DNA of 64,000 bases. It comes from Azolla caroliniana (lineage: Eukaryota; Plantae; Polypodiophyta). The stretch is taken from the NCBI GenBank assembly GCA_043228905.1, contig JBHGNT010000001.1, positions 32,798,001 through 32,862,000 on the forward strand. Direction: 5' to 3'. Position 1 is the first letter of the stretch; each line of letters begins with the position of its first letter. The position numbers and the translations under genes are program-made. The notes under the pieces are model-generated. The model was not told the DNA's origin. It searched no databases and saw nothing but the letters and a program-made list of their open reading frames with translations. Below are positions 60,101 to 64,000 of the stretch, piece by piece.

Positions 60101-63100
60101 TATAATTTTACACCTGCCACTGGATGAATATATCGTCAGGTTTGCTCATATGGATAAACATCTATCTCACGCAATCTGTAGTGTCATAGGTACTCAAGAT
60201 CAGCAGTTTTGTAATTAAAGCATAGCAGTTCTGTAGAATCATAGGAACATATGGCATAAATACAAATGTACTACTCTGTTCCATTATAACATGGACTGAG
60301 GTCAGGCTGATACCTCTTCATATAAGTTTGAGATCGATGTAGGCAGATGTGCACACACATATATAGAAGAATGGATCTGCAATTTGTGTCATGGGGATGT
60401 AGAATTGGGGGAACATTAGATTTTTCATTGGACTGTTTTCTATGAAATGAAATAAGAGGGAGAACTACTGCCTGTTCAAGGGTAATGGAATGCTTGGGTT
60501 CGTTCTGAGCAACAACATTACAGCAACAGCAACTCATCAACAAAGAAGCATCCCAACTTTCTTTAGCTCTATTCCTCATGCTGCAAGTCAATCTAGGGCT
60601 ACACAAGTAGGGCCTTGACCACAACATAAGAAGAAGTTGCAATATACCAAGCAAAAGTGCTTTGTTGCATACCCCAAGCAAAAGTGCTTTCTTGCTTACC
60701 CTTGCTTATCAACAAATAAAGGTCATTAACACTGGGCACCGAAGATGCTTCATCTCTCTATCTTGGATTAGCCCATGCTGGAGATTATGCTAAGTCATAA
60801 GTGCCAGTGCGTCTAAGCTCAGAATGTATGGGTAGCAAATGAGATTATCCAGTACCTTAGACAGGTTTATCAATTTGGTTATATTTATTTCGGTTTATCT
60901 TAAAATGTATTCTCTTCTGCAGTCTCATAGGCCATTTTGGCCTCTTAAAAGACGTTGACATCCATATTATAGCCACATTATAGCCATCTAGGCTTTCTAA
61001 TTTATATCCTTATTTTAGCCTGTTCCTAACAGCCCACTTGCAAGGCTTTCCCAATCTGCTCATACATAGCCTTGTACTCATCATTTCATGCCACCACTGT
61101 TGTCTCTGCAGTTGCTGCTGGTGCAATTCTGAACATCAGTCCAGCTGTTAGTTGTCACCAATGTCCATTGAGCAATATGACCTGAGAAAGAAAGAAAGAT
61201 GTATTAACGTCTTCATAAATGTCACATATATATACAAGGAGGGCAAGTGAGGATTCGAACCTTGCACCTCCTAGTTAAGAGTCAATAGGCCTACCACTAA
61301 GCCAGTTGAGAGAGAGTTTCTTCTCAACTGGGGGTCTCTAGTAGAGATGATGTTACTAAAATTTGTATGTCTATCATACTTTTGACATATCTGGATGATG
61401 GCACTAGGTCACGTGCTCAAAGTGGACTTTATTGCCCGCCATTACTAAGCTGTCCCAGATCTAATTTTCCTCAAAAGTGCAGTGATAAGAGTTGGACAAT
61501 GGGTTATTACTCTGTCATCTTCTTGATTTGTAATGCCAACTTTTAGAGAAAGTTATTCTCTCTATAAACACTTCTCTGTTTGTGTTGTGAAAAAGTCCAA
61601 TGGAACAGTAATGCTCAAAAAGACTATAGTCTATAGTCTATAGTCTATATAGCATTGTAGATCAATTTGATGACTCCCTACATTATGTGATAGTATTCAT
61701 GCAGATGCATACGAAATGCATCACACATCTTATTTGCACAATTTTCATAGTCTCTTTCCTGGTTTGCATCTTCATAAGAAAGAAATCTGTGATCTTTTTA
61801 ACTTGCCGAATTCAAAGTAGACATTGCAAGGGTATTTTCATTAGCCACTTAGTTCATCTTGCATTTCATAGAAGTAAGTCTCATGAAACATTCCCATATA
61901 TATCAGCAACAATATGCTGCTGGGATTCTACTCAAGTATAACTGTGATTCAGTGAGGGCTCAGGTGTGACTTAACATTCTTTAATGTTCTACTTGTCAAG
62001 CAGATACCACTTCAACGTTATAGATGAACGCATAGATCAGTATGTTCACAAGGGTTACGAAGATGGCCTGTATATCAGCAGTGTGGCTTCTAGTGCAAAT
62101 CTTTGGGCTCTTATCATGGATGCTGGAACAGGATTTTCAGGACAAGTGTATGAGTTATCCCAGTTGTTTTTCCATAAGGTTGTTTCTTAGGTCATGGTAT
62201 AAGTCTCTATTATCATTGAAGACAGGGATCTTCTCCAAGGCCATTGTTTATTAATTACTAATTACATCACAGGAGTGGATTATGGAACAATGGGAACAGA
62301 AGTATTATATCAGTGCTGTTGCTGGTTCCGACAATGGCAGTGCTTTGGTGGTCATGTCAAAAGGTACCATTGTTCTAAATTTATTATTTGGAGTTCCGTA
62401 AGGCACAAACATAGCAATGACAAAATTCAAATAAGGTGTTGCTGCAATCTATGAAGGTTTTGACTGGCAGTCCTGATGATCACAGTAATTGGAAAATCCC
62501 GGGTTGTATATTGAGATGAAAACAAATGTTTTTCCAATGCATTTAATCATATTGCTAGAGTGTGTGCATCCAAGGCCTGCCTGCTTTTCTTTCTGCCATT
62601 TTTCAAGCAGGGGAATATTTTATGTATCCTCTTTCATTTTTGTCGTTTGCTAATAGGTACACCATTCACTCAACAATCCTACAAAGTTAGTGAATCATTT
62701 CCTTTCAAATGGATTAGCAAGAAGTGGAGAGAAGGATTCCACGTCACTTCTATGGCTACAGCTGGAAGCCGCTGGGGGATAGTAATGTCCCGCAATGCTG
62801 GTTTTACAGATCAGGTTAGCATGATTCCTATTAATTATACTGCCACTATCGTGGTTAGCATGTGTTCTTTCAACGTTATTACATTTTTCATTCTGATATA
62901 TTGTAGGTTGTGGAGCTTGATTTTTTGTATCCAAGTGAGGGTATACATCGTCGGTGGGATACTGGCTACCGAATCACAGCCACCGCTGCTACAACAGATC
63001 AAGCAGCTTTTGTATTGAGTGTACCGAAAAAGAAATTGACTGATGAGACACAAGAGACTTTGCGTACGTCGGCCTTTCCTAGTACACATGTGAAGGTCTG

Positions 63101-63264
63101 GTCTGTTAACAATGTTGTTTGTATTATGTTTTATATGCATTTTAATCTTGCCATCAAAAGATAAGTCACAATACTGATGTAGTTGTTTTTTTGTTGTTTG
63201 ATAGGAGAAATGGTCAAGAAATTTATACATAGCATCTGTCTGCTATGGACGGACTGTATCATAG
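54118..63264 (+). CDS. Plant casein kinase 1-like kinase of the MUT9-like/PPK/EL1(HD16) family, 16 coding exons
   Basis: Exons: 54118-54219, 54824-54949, 55626-55699, 55796-55865, 55963-56018, 56109-56180, 56254-56348, 56437-56503, 56613-56742, 56841-57059, 57137-57267, 62004-62178, 62273-62363, 62657-62814, 62907-63095, 63205-63264. Motifs [83 protein letters not shown] and YGRTVS*. Confidence 0.95.
55272..55425 (+). repeat. About 45-bp degenerate tandem repeat in kinase intron 2
   Basis: Recurring (C)AGGGTTGAGATGAGAACT..TTTTATGTTC, about 3.5 units, with weaker copies nearby. Confidence 0.7.
58934..59391 (+). repeat. About 166-bp tandem repeat (about 2.7 units) in kinase intron 11
   Basis: Units begin GGG(T/C)TAATTAGTGATA at 58934, 59101 and 59266. 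Confidence 0.85.
61240..61312 (-). pseudogene. tRNA-derived sequence (tRNA-Lys(CTT)-like pseudogene or SINE head) in kinase intron 11
   Basis: A box TGGCTTAGTGG, loop CTCTTAA and B box GGTTCGAATCC at tRNA spacing. The acceptor and anticodon stems pair poorly. Confidence 0.6.
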
Positions 63265-64000
63265 GGTTACATGGGAACCCCACAAGTCTATAAAAAAAGT
63301 GCAATGTTTTCCAATTATGCCATTTGGCTTCTATAGCTCTATATAGACTGAGCTTCGTTCGTGCCTTTTGACCTACATTTCAGATTTATGCAGGAAGCAT
63401 TGTGATGATATGAGAGGGCTTCTTGTTAATTTTGCCACCTGCCCTTACAACCTCCATTATACAGGGTGCCCAAAAGTGTAAAAATGAGACTCCCCGTGGA
63501 GGGTAAGTGGCTGGGAGGAGCACTTTACATGACGATACTCCCTGAATGTGATGAGATCACAAGGGTTTAAGCATGAGTTGAACCTTACAGATCCACTTTT
63601 TTTGTCCAAATGGAAGTATATTAAATATATGAGCTGGTAAAGAACTGATTTGTTCTTGAAAGTGATCTTTTGTACCCTGAGTAAATGGAACTTTCAGATT
63701 CTATTGAGAGATTATCACAAGTGAGGTCAAGATATTATTATTGAGGTGTGTGCACAATCAACCTTCTCAGACGCTTACTAGAATACATATAGAACCTTCA
63801 AGTGGTGAAGATTTATGTGCACACAGTTATGATGCAGTTTGGTTTCCTTGCCTTTGGGAAAGATATAATATAGAGCAAGAATGTCATCCTAATCAAGCAC
63901 AATATTAATGTAAGCCATAACTCGTATAAGGTTGGATGTCTCAAAATGCATTATTGAGAAAATCCTTTTGCATGTTATGTTAATCGTTGCTAGCATAGTG

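Noticed and set aside
3766-63264. Phosphatase subunit and kinase as a functional head-to-head gene pair
   Set aside because: They are separated by about 38 kb of mostly retroelement DNA, and nothing in the sequence shows co-regulation.

Overview
Land-plant nuclear DNA, probably a non-seed plant such as a fern (inferred from the retroelement types). Two intron-rich genes point away from each other: a PP2A B55 regulatory subunit (minus strand, CDS 3766-13840, 14 coding exons) and a MUT9-like/PPK/EL1-type casein kinase 1-like kinase (plus strand, CDS 54118-63264, 16 coding exons). Between them is a retroelement stack. It holds a full-length L1-clade LINE with an 18-bp TSD, a Gag-only LTR element with no pol (element A, minus strand) and a young, near-complete Ty3/gypsy element nested inside it (element B, plus strand). 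A and B have unrelated LTR interiors but share a tRNA-Trp PBS, 4-bp TSDs, TGTCG...CGACA termini, a hairpin before the PPT and homologous capsids, which suggests a helper/parasite pair. B has a -1 frameshift signal (GGATTTT plus an H-type pseudoknot) after the protease. An apparently identical 15,060-bp tandem duplication (14375-29434 / 29435-44494) copies the PP2A promoter region, the LINE and half of the nest. Its junction cuts B at the protease active site. All coordinates were read by eye.
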